IMG/VR virus record: IMGVR_UViG_3300018050_001174
Location: 1 to 32,838 of that record
Strand: one strand, 5' to 3'
DNA from: a virus
Taxonomy: Duplodnaviria > Caudoviricetes
DNA length: 32,838 nt
Positions 9,401 through 21,200 of the stretch are shown here, one piece after another. The notes beneath the pieces are model-generated. The model did not search any database, was not told the origin of the DNA, and saw only the letters and a program-made list of their open reading frames with translations. A program made the translations under genes and the position numbers. The first letter of the stretch is position 1. Each line of letters starts with the position of its first letter.

Positions 9401-12400
9401 AACTCTAAATTCAATTTTTACAACACCATCCAAATAACCTTTTACTGTTTCCCCAACAGTGAAAGCACCAGATGCTCCATAATTTTGTAATGAAGTATCT
9501 GAAGCAATTTCAATTAATTTAGGAATAAAATCTACTCCACTTGAACCATCTAAAAATTGATATAAACGTGTAAATGGTTTCATATTTACTGCAGAAAATC
9601 CCGTATTACGAGACCTCATATAAGTTTCTGCACCACTTGCTCTTAAAACATCTTCAACTGTTGAAGTACTGCTTTCTCCGACAACTGCATATGTGCCTGT
9701 CGCATATAACCAAACCCAATTTGTTTGATTTATTGTTTGATCTTCCAATCTAATGGTTCTTACCCAACTATCTTGTGATGGATTTAATTTTATGGTCCCA
9801 CTGTATGAGATTACATGGAATGGATTGACATTTTCTACTCTAGTTGCAAAAAGTTGATTTAACCAACCTACAGAATCATATTTTAAAATTATAGCGTTTC
9901 CAACTTTTTTAACATTATCATCTACAAGTGCATAGTTAGAATTTAAATCAATGGAACTATCTGGAAGATTTGTTGCAGGATTTGGTCTTAAAGATATACT
10001 ATTATTTGTAATTTGTGGTGTTAATTCTCCATTAGCATCATCAATTCTTATTTTAGATAAATTATTGTCTATTAAATCATAGTTTTTAAAATCATCGACA
10101 AAAAATCCACTTTTAAATCTACTTAATCCACTAGCATCTTGAATTTGAAGGGTAGATGTATTGAGTTCTAATAAACTTAAAGAAGTCGTTTTTTCCAAAT
10201 TTTCTACTCTATCTTCCAATTTGCCAATATCACGCATTGTATATCTTCTATTATCATTTAGTGATATTTGAGCATCTGCTGGATTATACAAATATGGTGG
10301 TAGTGTAATGGTTGCGATTTCCATCACATTGTTTGGATTATTGGGTGCTTTTGGTCTTACATCCGGAATTCCTTGTAAAAGAGTAAACTTACCTTGTTTA
10401 TCCAAATAAAGTTTATCTATCCTACCAAGATAGAATTGATATCCAACTAATGCACTTTCATCTGGAGAAACTATTAATTTTGGATCAGTTCCAAAAGATC
10501 TAGATGAAAAATCAAAAGGAGATGATGATGATCCAGAAAAAATTCCAACTTCTGGTCTAAAATCCAAAGTATCAGTTGCTCTTATATTATTGTTACCTAA
10601 TGTTGGTATATCAGAGGAAAATCTTTCTTGAGAATAACTATTAACTGTAAAAATGTCACCTGTGTCCGAAGATGGTACAGTATAATGATCAAATATAATT
10701 AACAATGGTCTAGAAGGTGCATTTTCTCCAGATTTTCTTACAATTTTTGAATAATCATAGTATTGATTTTTTTGCCCTTTATCTAAAGTAAATTTGCTAG
10801 TTATATCACTATATTTTCCTACTGTTATTGATGCAATAGTTGTACTTATATCAGATTCACTAAAAATTACATTTTCTCCGGATACAAATCTAGAAGAATT
10901 TAAATATAATATCCCAAGATTATTACTAGATGGTTTAGACACAATCCTAGCAACTGCTTTACTTGTGCTTCCAATTATTTGTTCACCAATAATTGCATTA
11001 GCATCAACGTTAACAACCGCACTAAAAGATAGTTGATCTAAAGATGGTGCGCTGGTATCTAATGATTCATATACTGCAAGTAAAGTTGATACATCTGGAT
11101 AGTTTAAAGAAATTTCTTCATCTTGAACTCTTAAACCGTAAAATTGATTATAGGTAAGACCATCATTTGTTGTAGTATTAATTCCAGTTCCAGATTCTGG
11201 ATTTCTTGAAAAAGATACATTAAGTGTCCTACTTCTACTAAACTGTTTAATCTTACTTTGTAAAGAACTTTTAATAAATGTTGCATTAATAGTTGCAACT
11301 GTTTTATTTGAAATATTTGAAAATGTAACTCTACTTGGATTGGAAGTGATACTGATTTTATCAGATGTTAGATTTTCAATACTACCATCAGAATATGCAA
11401 TAGAATATCTTTCTTCATCAAATGTTGCAAAATTTATAACTGAAGATGTGACACCAATATTAAAATTACCAACATCCACCGTTAGAGTATTTCCAGATAC
11501 TGTAGGTGTAAATGATGTATTGGATTGTGCTGTAAAAATTACGTTTGAACTATCTAAATTTACTGATGATATATTTTGATTTGGTAAAATTGCATATAAA
11601 AATCCTTGTTGATCATTTCTAATTTTAGAAATTCCAACAGAATATGGTCCACTATACAACGTTGCTATTCCTAAAGTTCCATCACAAATTCCCGAAACAC
11701 TAGTTTCGGCAACTAGTGTTAAACTAGTAAGAGATGTTGAAATAGCACTAACACGATTATAAACCTCTGAAGTTATACCGGGTCTTTGGTATCTAATAAT
11801 ATCATCTGTTTTAATACCAGTAAAAGTTGCTGGAGATGCAACTGTTGCGGTTGAAATACCCCCACCACCAGGGGTAATTGTAATAATTTCAGATCTTGCT
11901 GATTTGTCAAGGAAACTATCGGCTAAAAAGGAAGTGGAAAATCCTGTAACACCACTAGGTTGAAATATGGATTTAATATCGTTAGCGTTATAAACTTTAA
12001 TTGCTGAAATGGTTCTTGGATATATATCCAAACCATTAATTAAAATTTGTTCTCCAACTATAAAGCTACCAGAAGTTTGGCGTAAAGATACTGATACTGT
12101 ACCAGAACCTCCAGAAGAAACTGCATATCCACTAGCACCACTGCTTTTTCCTTTAATGAATGATGTTGTTGGTAGTTCTACTGAAGAAACTGATTGATTT
12201 AATATAATTTCAGTATATGTTTGTACGTCGTACAGATAAAGATCCCATAAAGTTGGTGCCCCACTATATGCAGAATCGGTAACACTAAAATTATAAACTC
12301 TTGCAACGCCAATAGTTGTACCAGCGCCAGCTATTGTGCTATTTTTTCTCCTGTTTTGTAAAAAAATAGTTCCTTTAAGTAATGGAAATCCAGAAACATT

Positions 12401-13603
12401 ATTAACTCTTAAAATATTACCCATTTGGAAGGGAATACTTGCAGAAGTAATAGTTTGTGTTGTTCTCGGTTTTTCGGCATCAATTACTTCAATCCCAGTT
12501 TTTTCTATATCGTATCCTTCCACATAAGCTTTACCTGGAGATAGTTTTAAGCACATTAAATCATTAGATGGAGTATTTCCACTATCAGTTTTTTCTGTAT
12601 CAAAATATAATCCGTCATTTCCAATTCTGTCATTTAAAGAATTATTTAAAGAAAATTCAAATTGGTTTACAACATAATTTCCTGATTCATCAAATGTTCT
12701 TTTTGCCAAATAATCTCTAATTAAATTGTAAGATGATTGAACTTCCATTTTTTGGATAGAACCATCTTTAATTCTTAATAATTCAACAAAATCGACATCA
12801 TTAATATCATCAATTTCTTTTTTTGTAAGTATTAAAGATATTTTTAATCTATCTGCACCTGGAGCTGCATAATTTGTAAATCCACTTGCATTATCATATA
12901 ATTTATCATCATCTTTTGCTGTGATAATTTCTTCAATAATTGACAACCCAACTCTGTATGTGGGCATATTTGCATAATAATCTAATATTATTGTTTGTTT
13001 GGCAACCCTTACAAAAGTTCCTCTAATAAAATATACCCCATCTCCAATAGATGCTGCAGATCCTGTTGCTGTTGAATTTGAAATAATAGTTGTTGCGAAT
13101 GGAACCCCTGCATTTATGGTTCCAACAGATTCGTTACAATATAATTCTTCACCATCTTCAAAAGGAGAAATTAAATTATTGGCGTCAGAATCCAAATATT
13201 TTACATAAATTGTTGGATATTCTACTTCAGCATTTGAAGATTGTGCATATACAACCCTAGCTGTAATTCCAGAGACTTGTCCAACAACTATTTTTCCAAC
13301 AAAATTTGAAATATATGTATTTACATCAATTCCATATTGACTAGGATTTAATTTTACAGAATAAAATTGATTATCATATGCAATATTACCTGGAATAACT
13401 AATGATCCTTCTTTGAAAATATGACTACCAAATGATTCTATTTGATCTTGTAATATTGATTGTAAAGTATTTAATTCTCTTGCCTGTATTGGCTTTCCTG
13501 GATTAAATAAAACTTTATAGTAGTTTTTATCTCTAGCACCTGTTACAGGTTCATTAAAGTCATCAAAATATGGATTTACATTTAAATTAATTTTTTGAGC
13601 CAT
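6413..13603 (-). CDS. Large virion structural protein, DUF4815/VrlC-like (2396 aa)
   Basis: NLNVNPYFDDF...YYKVLFNPG.PIQARELNTLQSILQ N-terminus; APGADRLKI, LAKRTFDESGNY, RRYTMRDIGKLEDRV, FKSGFFVDDF, DPLAQSF motifs; C-terminal PRFKDFRSIALA. Confidence 0.9.
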   Translation of the reverse strand: MAQKINLNVNPYFDDFNEPVTGARDKNYYKVLFNPGKPIQARELNTLQSILQDQIESFGSHIFKEGSLVIPGNIAYDNQFYSVKLNPSQYGIDVNTYISNFVGKIVVGQVSGITARVVYAQSSNAEVEYPTIYVKYLDSDANNLISPFEDGEELYCNESVGTINAGVPFATTIISNSTATGSAASIGDGVYFIRGTFVRVAKQTIILDYYANMPTYRVGLSIIEEIITAKDDDKLYDNASGFTNYAAPGADRLKISLILTKKEIDDINDVDFVELLRIKDGSIQKMEVQSSYNLIRDYLAKRTFDESGNYVVNQFEFSLNNSLNDRIGNDGLYFDTEKTDSGNTPSNDLMCLKLSPGKAYVEGYDIEKTGIEVIDAEKPRTTQTITSASIPFQMGNILRVNNVSGFPLLKGTIFLQNRRKNSTIAGAGTTIGVARVYNFSVTDSAYSGAPTLWDLYLYDVQTYTEIILNQSVSSVELPTTSFIKGKSSGASGYAVSSGGSGTVSVSLRQTSGSFIVGEQILINGLDIYPRTISAIKVYNANDIKSIFQPSGVTGFSTSFLADSFLDKSARSEIITITPGGGGISTATVASPATFTGIKTDDIIRYQRPGITSEVYNRVSAISTSLTSLTLVAETSVSGICDGTLGIATLYSGPYSVGISKIRNDQQGFLYAILPNQNISSVNLDSSNVIFTAQSNTSFTPTVSGNTLTVDVGNFNIGVTSSVINFATFDEERYSIAYSDGSIENLTSDKISITSNPSRVTFSNISNKTVATINATFIKSSLQSKIKQFSRSRTLNVSFSRNPESGTGINTTTNDGLTYNQFYGLRVQDEEISLNYPDVSTLLAVYESLDTSAPSLDQLSFSAVVNVDANAIIGEQIIGSTSKAVARIVSKPSSNNLGILYLNSSRFVSGENVIFSESDISTTIASITVGKYSDITSKFTLDKGQKNQYYDYSKIVRKSGENAPSRPLLIIFDHYTVPSSDTGDIFTVNSYSQERFSSDIPTLGNNNIRATDTLDFRPEVGIFSGSSSSPFDFSSRSFGTDPKLIVSPDESALVGYQFYLGRIDKLYLDKQGKFTLLQGIPDVRPKAPNNPNNVMEIATITLPPYLYNPADAQISLNDNRRYTMRDIGKLEDRVENLEKTTSLSLLELNTSTLQIQDASGLSRFKSGFFVDDFKNYDLIDNNLSKIRIDDANGELTPQITNNSISLRPNPATNLPDSSIDLNSNYALVDDNVKKVGNAIILKYDSVGWLNQLFATRVENVNPFHVISYSGTIKLNPSQDSWVRTIRLEDQTINQTNWVWLYATGTYAVVGESSTSTVEDVLRASGAETYMRSRNTGFSAVNMKPFTRLYQFLDGSSGVDFIPKLIEIASDTSLQNYGASGAFTVGETVKGYLDGVVKIEFRVAQSNHKEGTYNSPSVTYAANPYSTNENIPASYSASSKVLNVDIEALCTSAQGLYSGYLTSGMKLVGQSSGSVAYVKDLRLITDANGFISGSFFLRDPNTTPPPAVRIAVGSKVYKLTSSSTNETPLPGSTLISSGETIYKSEGRWEERQRVTTTVTTIYYVDPLAQSFSVGGNLDPTNGNVPGEDVNGAFLTAVDLYFARKDTGNAPLTVEVRTVTLGTPTSEVLGSRTLSSNNINISSDASAVTQVTFDTPIYLAPFNEYAIVLLAPQSDQYEVWIAEMGEKTINTASLPDSQAVRYTQQFAIGSLFKSQNGTIWTANQYQDLKFKLYKARFTSQTGSALFSNPTLHQSNGYIPRLKSNPITVLPRKVKIGITTTDNTSVIGILTAGRKISVQSATYLSGTITGTGSSAVNVAITTSGNNYTTGTVQTFNYTGNGSGLRLNITATGGLITSASVSASFPGNGYQVGDVVGIVTSSVSPASGFGARITITGTANKIDTLYLSNVQGDSLNVGVATLGYYNTSGTLVSLGSTVILSSATYGTYNTGNYFQVNHYDHSMYAKNNKINLYKVQSDIAPTQLSLRLITSDSAISVASTENFNTFEGLSVSSVNPGFIIIEDEIIKYTAVGVGQLQGITRGVDSTVVVDHDRNTLVYKYELSGVSLKRINKTHTISDTGIEIDSYYIQFDRSSFDSDSTNRNLDQGSSGTPANSPQLSFNREQICGGNLVEASENIQFERLNPHIGLISPQAATSVSAEVRTTSGTSANGTETSFIDLQYEPVKLDVDNTLTSTRLVCSRINEQTYLSSEKSFTLKVNLATTDPNVSPMLLWKNADVEFIGSRLNQPISDYASDSRANQFVGDPHAAIYVSNVVRLEQPATSLRVIVSAYRHNTADFRVLYSLIRPDSSEVQQSFELFPGYNNLTIDRSSDGFLDVIDPAKNNGLPDVLVAPSLQNQFLDYQFSASNLGVFSGYQIKIVLSGTNSAYPPRFKDFRSIALA

Positions 13604-13606
13604 TTT

Positions 13607-15181
13607 TTAAAATTCCAGGATAATTTTAACGTCTTCTTTTTGTCTAGAATTTCTCGTTACTGTTGGTCTATTATCGATGTAAAGTACATCTCCTGACTTA
13701 GTATTTATCTCGGGATTGGCAAGTCCATTGGTAAAATTAACTCCAAGATTAATAATTTTAGATCCAATTGTAGTTGTAATTCCACTAAATCCACTGTCGA
13801 TTGTAGCATTAAATCCACCACCAGATTTAATAATTTGAGAAGTGGAGTTAAAACTGAGTTGAGTTCCGGTTGAATCAAAAAATGAAGACATGCCAACAAA
13901 GTCTGCATTGGTTGATCCAGATCCTCCATTATAGTATAATGAGCGATCTCTATAATACTTTAAAACTTTAGTTTCGGAATCATATGAAACTACATATCCA
14001 TACGCTTTTCCTCCACTTACTGTTTGTTCAATTTTATCGCCTATTGAAATTGAACCCGTTGGTGTTCCACTAAATTTAACAGCATAAACTGCAGAAAATT
14101 CATTACTGGTAAAAACTGTTGTTCCAGTTCCAGTGGTGCTGAAGACAAAGGGATTTTTTACAATTCCAACTTGAGCAAATTTTGTATCTATTGGAAAATC
14201 TTTTGTGGAATCATCAAATCTAACATAAACTAAAACTTTATCTGCTCCCAATTCTTGATAGATATCATAACCATGACCTTTTGATGGTGGTATAATTGGT
14301 ATTAAATTTGCATAAGATGCTGGAATATTTGTAGATGTTGTACCTAAATCAATTAACGCATAAGTATAACTTTTTCCACCTGCAGTAACAACTACATCTG
14401 AAATTTTACCTTCAACATCAATATCAACAGAAACTTGTCCACCACTACCATCACCAACTATATTGCATATCTTACCAGATTGTGTTGGATATCCATTTCC
14501 GGTACTTTTTATAAAAATTTGTTTAATTTGATTTTCATTAACTGTTGAATCTCCATTTTCTCTGACCGCCGTAATTTGAGAATCAGTTGTTGTTGACCAG
14601 TCATTGGGAACTGTTATATATTCAGTCGAATCAAACTTTATAATATCACTGGGAGATATTGTATATAAAAATTTCCACGTATATCCATCACTTAATTCTG
14701 TTGGCTCTAAATCAGTAAAAGTTGGTTCAATTTGGGAAGAGTTTCCAGATGTTTTAATTCCCGAAGATCCATTATTTAAGCAAATGTATACTCTATAATC
14801 TGAATTTAAAACATAAAAATTTGAATCATATAAACGTAAAGCTCCAGAAGAAGATCTATTATTTAAACTATAATCTGGTCTATACATGTCATATTGTTGT
14901 CCAGAAGTCCAGTCAATTCTTCTTATCACTCTTCTTAAATTAGCACTAGTTACCTTTTTACCATACAAAATTGTAGATTTATAATGATTTGTATAATCAC
15001 CATTATCTGTTGGATTTGGTGGAGTAGTATCCCAAGAACTAGATCTTCCAAATCCTGAAGATGGACTTGTTGGATTTGATAATCCAACAAAAACATAGTA
15101 TGAATTAGAAGAGTTTGCTACAGAATCTACAAAATTGGATGCATTTAATATTCTAAGTTGATCCGTTACAAGTGCAGACAT
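13607..15181 (-). CDS. gp8: Baseplate wedge subunit gp8
   Basis: RRIDWTSGQQYDMYR, FYVLNSDYRVYICLNN, DGYTWKFLYTI motifs and C-terminal SGDVLYIDNR...RNSRQKEDVKIILEF. Confidence 0.92.
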   Translation of the reverse strand: MSALVTDQLRILNASNFVDSVANSSNSYYVFVGLSNPTSPSSGFGRSSSWDTTPPNPTDNGDYTNHYKSTILYGKKVTSANLRRVIRRIDWTSGQQYDMYRPDYSLNNRSSSGALRLYDSNFYVLNSDYRVYICLNNGSSGIKTSGNSSQIEPTFTDLEPTELSDGYTWKFLYTISPSDIIKFDSTEYITVPNDWSTTTDSQITAVRENGDSTVNENQIKQIFIKSTGNGYPTQSGKICNIVGDGSGGQVSVDIDVEGKISDVVVTAGGKSYTYALIDLGTTSTNIPASYANLIPIIPPSKGHGYDIYQELGADKVLVYVRFDDSTKDFPIDTKFAQVGIVKNPFVFSTTGTGTTVFTSNEFSAVYAVKFSGTPTGSISIGDKIEQTVSGGKAYGYVVSYDSETKVLKYYRDRSLYYNGGSGSTNADFVGMSSFFDSTGTQLSFNSTSQIIKSGGGFNATIDSGFSGITTTIGSKIINLGVNFTNGLANPEINTKSGDVLYIDNRPTVTRNSRQKEDVKIILEF

Positions 15182-15200
15182 TTGGATATAGTTTTTTCTA

Positions 15201-15208
15201 TATTTATA
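15201..15208 (-). promoter_or_regulatory. T4-type late promoter TATAAATA
   Basis: Exact motif in the gp7-gp8 gap, 19 nt upstream of the gp8 ATG. Confidence 0.85.
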
Positions 15209-15213
15209 CTAGG

Positions 15214-18200
15214 TTATAAAATCTTTTTTAAGGCTCCAATATCTCTTAAACCAGTTCCTCTTCTCTGTACTGTTGGATATGTTGAAAGACCAGAAATTCT
15301 AAATCCAGTAAGACCTATTGCAATTGGAGAAGATCCACGACTAAATCCTGATAATCTTCCCCAAGAAATTTTACCTGCTATTGGACCTGTAGTATTTAAT
15401 CCAGATGTATTTGTAGTTGATAAAACATTACAGGTAAGTATTCCACTGCTAGCATCAAATGCGCTTACATTGTAAATACAATCCGAAAAAGTTGTTCCAA
15501 TACCTATCTGTTCAGTATTATTAGTATAAATCGAAGTTACACCTCTTCCAACATAAGTATCAAAAATATATACTGGATTTCCTGGACTTAAGTTTGGAAA
15601 TGGAGCCAAAGCTGGATCCAATATAAATTGGATTGCTAAATCTGTTCCTATACCTGGACAAGTTGATATATTAGTAATATTTCCAGAAAATCCTTGAGCA
15701 TTTGTTATATTTGTAATAAATTCAACTTTTGGTTTTGGTATTTCTACAATAACTCTTGGTGGATTTGAAGAAGTATATCCTAATCCAGAAAATGAAACTG
15801 TTGGTGTTGTGACTGTCCCCGTAGAACTAACTACTGCCGATGCAATAGCTGTTGATCCAATTCCCACTCCAATTTTTTTAGGTGCTGCTATTTCAATTTG
15901 AACTGTTGTCCCAGCTGGTCCAAGAGCAAAATATCCACTACCAGCATTTGTTATAGTAATGCCTGTTATTCTTCCTGTAGCACTAACTGTGGCACTAGCT
16001 GCTGCTCCGACTGGATCTGCTTCACCAGAAACTACTAATCCAGAACATTCAAATTGATTAACATCTACATTTTCATAATTAAAGAATTCTGCATTGTCTA
16101 CCCACAATTCTGTTGATTCTGCAGTAAAATCTTTAATAATTCTTGCGGTTGGATAAATTTGCGGCTCAAGAGAATCTCTAGATTTTGAAATAACGTTACC
16201 ATCAATTATTTTATCAGTATTTTGTTTAGTCCAATACAATGTTTTATCATTAACAATATCAACTCCTTGATCAACATAAAGATCGGTTTGAGTTTTATTG
16301 GAGAATGAAATAGCAGTAACAGTTCTTGAATTTTGAGTAGTAGTTATTCCAGGTAAGGAGTTATTTGAGTATATTTGAACAACGTCACCTTCTTTAATAC
16401 TTTCTCTTACATTAAATATTTCACTATCTTCTGCACTTCCCCTATAAAAGAAAATAGAAATTTTATCTTCTGGTTTTGGTGCTTCAGTAAATGTAAAACT
16501 ACTACCGCCAATAAATTGATAGGCAACTTTTGGCTCTTGTAATACGCCATTAATAAAAATTAATAATAATGAATCGAAATCAATTAGAGTTGACTCTGGA
16601 GAAGTTCCTTTCTCAAAGCTAACAAGTTCTCCATTATAATATAATGGGAATCTTGTTCTAATTCCATCTTGTAAATTTTTAACCGAATCAATATAATCCA
16701 TTTGTCCAAATTGCCAACAAGAAAAAGAATCATAAAAAGTTTTTAAGATCGTTAATTGGAATTCTTTTATTGGTGAAGCAAGTCCTTTAGCAGTTACGAG
16801 TCCAACTGCTTTCACAATATCCCCACGTTGGAATCCATATCCATTTCTTGCAACTTTAAAGTTAGTTACTTCAAATAGATCAGAAACTCCAACTCCAGTT
16901 GTTGAAGCAGATCCAACTTCTAGATTTAATAACAACCCAACACCACAATCTGTTGTTGATCCTACACTTAATCTAGATACACCAATTACTCCAAGATTTT
17001 CATAATTTGGTGGAGATATATAAACTCTAGGAGAACTTGTACCAATTCCAGTATATCCTGTTCCTGGGTTAACAATTGTAAATGCTAATGTGCCGCCAGC
17101 ACCAACAGTAGCTGTTATGGTAGCACCAGAACCAACCGAGGCAGAAACTGCTACTGAAACTGGATTTCTATAACCGGATCCAATATTAAGATTGTACCAT
17201 GGAAAAATAGTACCAAATCCAATGGTAGAAACACCGACATAAGTATGTGGTAAAGTGCTTGGTCCAACATTTGCAGTAAATTCTCTTGCAGAAACAATCC
17301 CTGTAACTTCAAATAAATATCCCTGGAAATTTGGTGAGGGGAAATAAGAAAATATGCCTCCTCCGGATGGGCAAGTAAATGCCAATCCAACGAGTCTTAC
17401 ACGATCATCGGCAAATAAACCATGATCTGTTGTTGTTTTTATATTAACTATTCCTGTAATATTGTTGTAAGAAGCTGTTCTTACACCTATACTTGATCCA
17501 GTGTAAGAAATGCCAACAATACTTGTAATCGTCCCACCAGAACCAACTATTGCTTTAACTCTTGCTCCAACAAGTGGTGCATACCCAAGACCTGGAGTTG
17601 AACCTAATGATACAATAATGCCACCTCTAGGCACTTGATTTAAGTTTACATCAGATGGAGAAGTTATATATTCTCCAGTTGAAGATGAAGTAATTCCAGA
17701 AAATACAATGCTACTAATTCCAACTTCTGTTGTAAATTCTGGATTTGTAGTAATACCAGCAGCAAAACCAGTATATTCATCTGGTCTTAAATAATAAGGT
17801 GCAAATGGATCTTGTGTAGAAGTGGTATTATCTACAATTTCATAATTATTACCTGGATTATTTTGTGTTGTTGGTGTTTGGAATATTCCATTAAGTAAAA
17901 CAATTCCATTAGATCCATCCGTTCCTAATCCAGATGTATTGACACCACTGATTGTTAAAGTGTATGTTCTTCCTATTCCATTGAAATTTTCTGAAAGATC
18001 ATCATATATGATATTAGTACTATAATTTTTTCTTAAGAAAACTCTTCCATTAAAATATGATCTAGCTTCTGGAAGATTATCGAAGTCGGAGAATAATTGA
18101 TCTTCGAGATTACCTTCTGGTTGTTCCGTAAACCAAATTGTGTTTTTAACAATATTATATGACCCTCTATAAAGACTTACACTACTTAAATCTACATGAG

Positions 18201-21200
18201 AGCTGGATGAACTACCAACATATGCTCTTTTTACATTTACTAGTGGAAATGTTCCAGCAAAAGAAATTGGTCCAGTTGATATTGTTGAAAGACCCAGGTT
18301 TATAACCTGCATATATTCATCATCTATTTTAAGAATATCATTAATTCGGATTGATCCAATTCCACTTAATTTGAAGATCGTAGAAGCTGTTCCAATTGAC
18401 CCGTAATTATCAAGAGTATAATTTAAATTTGTATAAGCTATCGGAGACTGAATTATATTATTAATAGAAATAATGGATTTTTCATTCTTTTTGACCATTT
18501 CAAGTTCATGAGCATTTCCAGATCCGGATGAAGTAAATGTTATGGCAATTCCAGCATATGCATTATCTAGTGTTGCTGCCAATTTAAATCTATCGTTGTC
18601 AAGTCTAATTGCCCAAATAACAGGTGGCATTACTGTTGTAGTGAATCCCAAATAATCTGTTGTCGCCCCAATACTTACCGATGATGCTGCAACAGAAACA
18701 AAAGTTGTATTTGGACGATAATATAATTTTTCTGCTGTTTGGAAAAAATGATTAGGAATATTAAAAGTTCCAGTTGCTTTATCCAGAACTGTAGTATTTT
18801 CTGGATTAAAGGTTTTCATGAATATGGGAGTATTTTGATAATATAAATCAAAATTTAATCTATTGACATCAGTATCATTAATTCCAAAAAATTTAGTAAT
18901 ACCTACAGATTCTGAAACATTTGTATATGTTAAATTTTGGGATAGATTAATATAATCATTTTCGTCATAAAACACTTGGTTATAACTTAATATCTCATAA
19001 GTGGTTGTCGTACTAACTCCAGAAACATTAGTATCTGGATAAAAAATCAAAGAAGCTATATTGCCATTTCTTGTCCCACCAAACGTTCCTATTCCATTTG
19101 TACTGCCTGCTGATATAAATGGATATTGATATGTGTACATATCATTTAAATCAATAGTTGTCAAAACTTGATGTAAAGCACTTGTTGACCCTATACTTAC
19201 TTTAATGATTGATTTTGATGACGAATATATATCAGTATTATAAGAAAATACGGTTGATGCCGTTGAAACTCTACTAAAACTTGATCCCAAAGTGACGGTT
19301 CTTTCATCACCATCTGGTTGACCATCCGATTTAAATCTATATGTTCCTATTCCAAGTGCAGTTGATCCAAATCCAACAATTTTTGATCTAACTGTTACTG
19401 AATTTGGTGAAGTATTCGTATATGTAAAGGATACAATTCCACTTGAAAGTGAAGCTGTAAACGTTCCAATAAATTTAGAACTAGAATCTTCTTCAGTGTC
19501 AAAATAAAATTCTCCTAGGTTTGTGTCAACACCGTTTGTGTTATCCAAGAAAAATTCATAATAATTCATCTTATTAGTAATATTATCAATAATATGAATT
19601 TGAGAAAATGCTGATTTTATTGTAGATTGCTGCTGACTGATCAAAGTAAATGTAGATCCTGCTCCAACAGTAGATGTAATTCCAGATAATCTAATAAATC
19701 CAACAGAAGTAGATCCAATACCGACATCCGTTATTGGAAATTTCGTATTTAAGAATTTTATATCATATGTGCTGTTATATGGATCATTTGGTGTAAATTT
19801 TAAATAATGATTATCCAGTTCATCTACTTCACCATAAATTTCTCCCAGTAAATTTGATGTATATCCAACTTCTGTAGTGATTCCAGTAGATAAAGATCCT
19901 CTTTCAAAAGAATATAAATTTGGTTCTCCAGTTTGACTACCATTATCGGTTAAAATAATAACTTCCGTAATCTGACTGGTTGAGTCATCTTTTTTTCTAA
20001 TTTGAACTAAGTATGTGTTAAATTTATCTGATGGATTTATTGTGGCAACGTTGCAGGATGTTGCAACTAATTGATTGGTGCTTGAAAATAAATCACTAAT
20101 ATCATCTATGGCAAGAACTCTATTACTTTCTGCAGCTATATAATTCGATAATTTTTTAGTGTTGAAATTTATAAATCTAGAACTACTCTCTTGGGTATTA
20201 GTATCAATATCTTTAACAGCATCAAAATTTGCAATAGTCGTTACATTTTTAAAGTCACTAATGTCATATATGATTGAGAGATTTTCTTCTACAGTTGTTG
20301 TTCCAACTCCAACATTGTTAAAAATTTCAGTGTCGGAAAAATTCTTTAATCCTACTGAATGAAGAATTTTATTTACAGGACTTACAATATCTAACCAAGT
20401 TTTTTTACTCTTTATGCTATATGAAAGATTTTGGTAATAATTATTATCCGATATTACTTGAGTATCTTCACTAAGTTTACCAATATTATCAGACCAACCT
20501 AATTTCTGCCTGGATGCATAATCAATTTTAAACTTACCAAAAGATGAATTAACGTTATTAATTTTAGCGATAGTTCCAGATTGAGATCCTCTTATCAAAT
20601 CATTTGCAAAAATATCATATGTTCCTATTACTTTAACTGTACTATTAGAATCTTCAGTAATTTTTAAATCTTGTAATTCATAGATTCCACTATTATTTTT
20701 AACTTCTAAATATTCTCCCACAATAAATTGAGAATAATTTTGTGTAACTTCAAATTTAGGATAGTTATCATAATTAATAATAAATCCATATATATCTTGA
20801 GATGTTCTCGCTATCCCCGGATTAGATGTTGTTCCTAATCCAACTATACTGAATTCAAGAGTTCTTGGTGATGTTGTTCCCGCATTATTATAAGAAGTAA
20901 CTGTAAAAAACTCATATCCATAATCTTCAGAATTAAATCCATTTCCTTCATTTCCATATTTTTCAATTCCTTCGACAAAAATCCTATCACCAACACTAAA
21001 TGGTTCTTCACTAAATCCATTTAGAGGAGTAACTAATGTGCAGGTAATTATTCCAGAAAAAGATGAAGATATTGAATTTATTCCAACTCCATTAGAATTA
21101 TTAATTGCCTTTATTGTAACTAAAGTGGCTGGTAATCCTTTTGGTTTAATGGGTATAGAAACCGATCTAATTGAATTTGCAAAAAAATCTGCAGATAAAA

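Noticed and set aside
312-17390. Alternative-frame minus-strand ORFs 312-506, 8428-8655, 13705-13929 and 17151-17390
   Set aside because: They are fully nested in longer genes, have off-frame-like composition (L/Q-rich) and show no independent signals.
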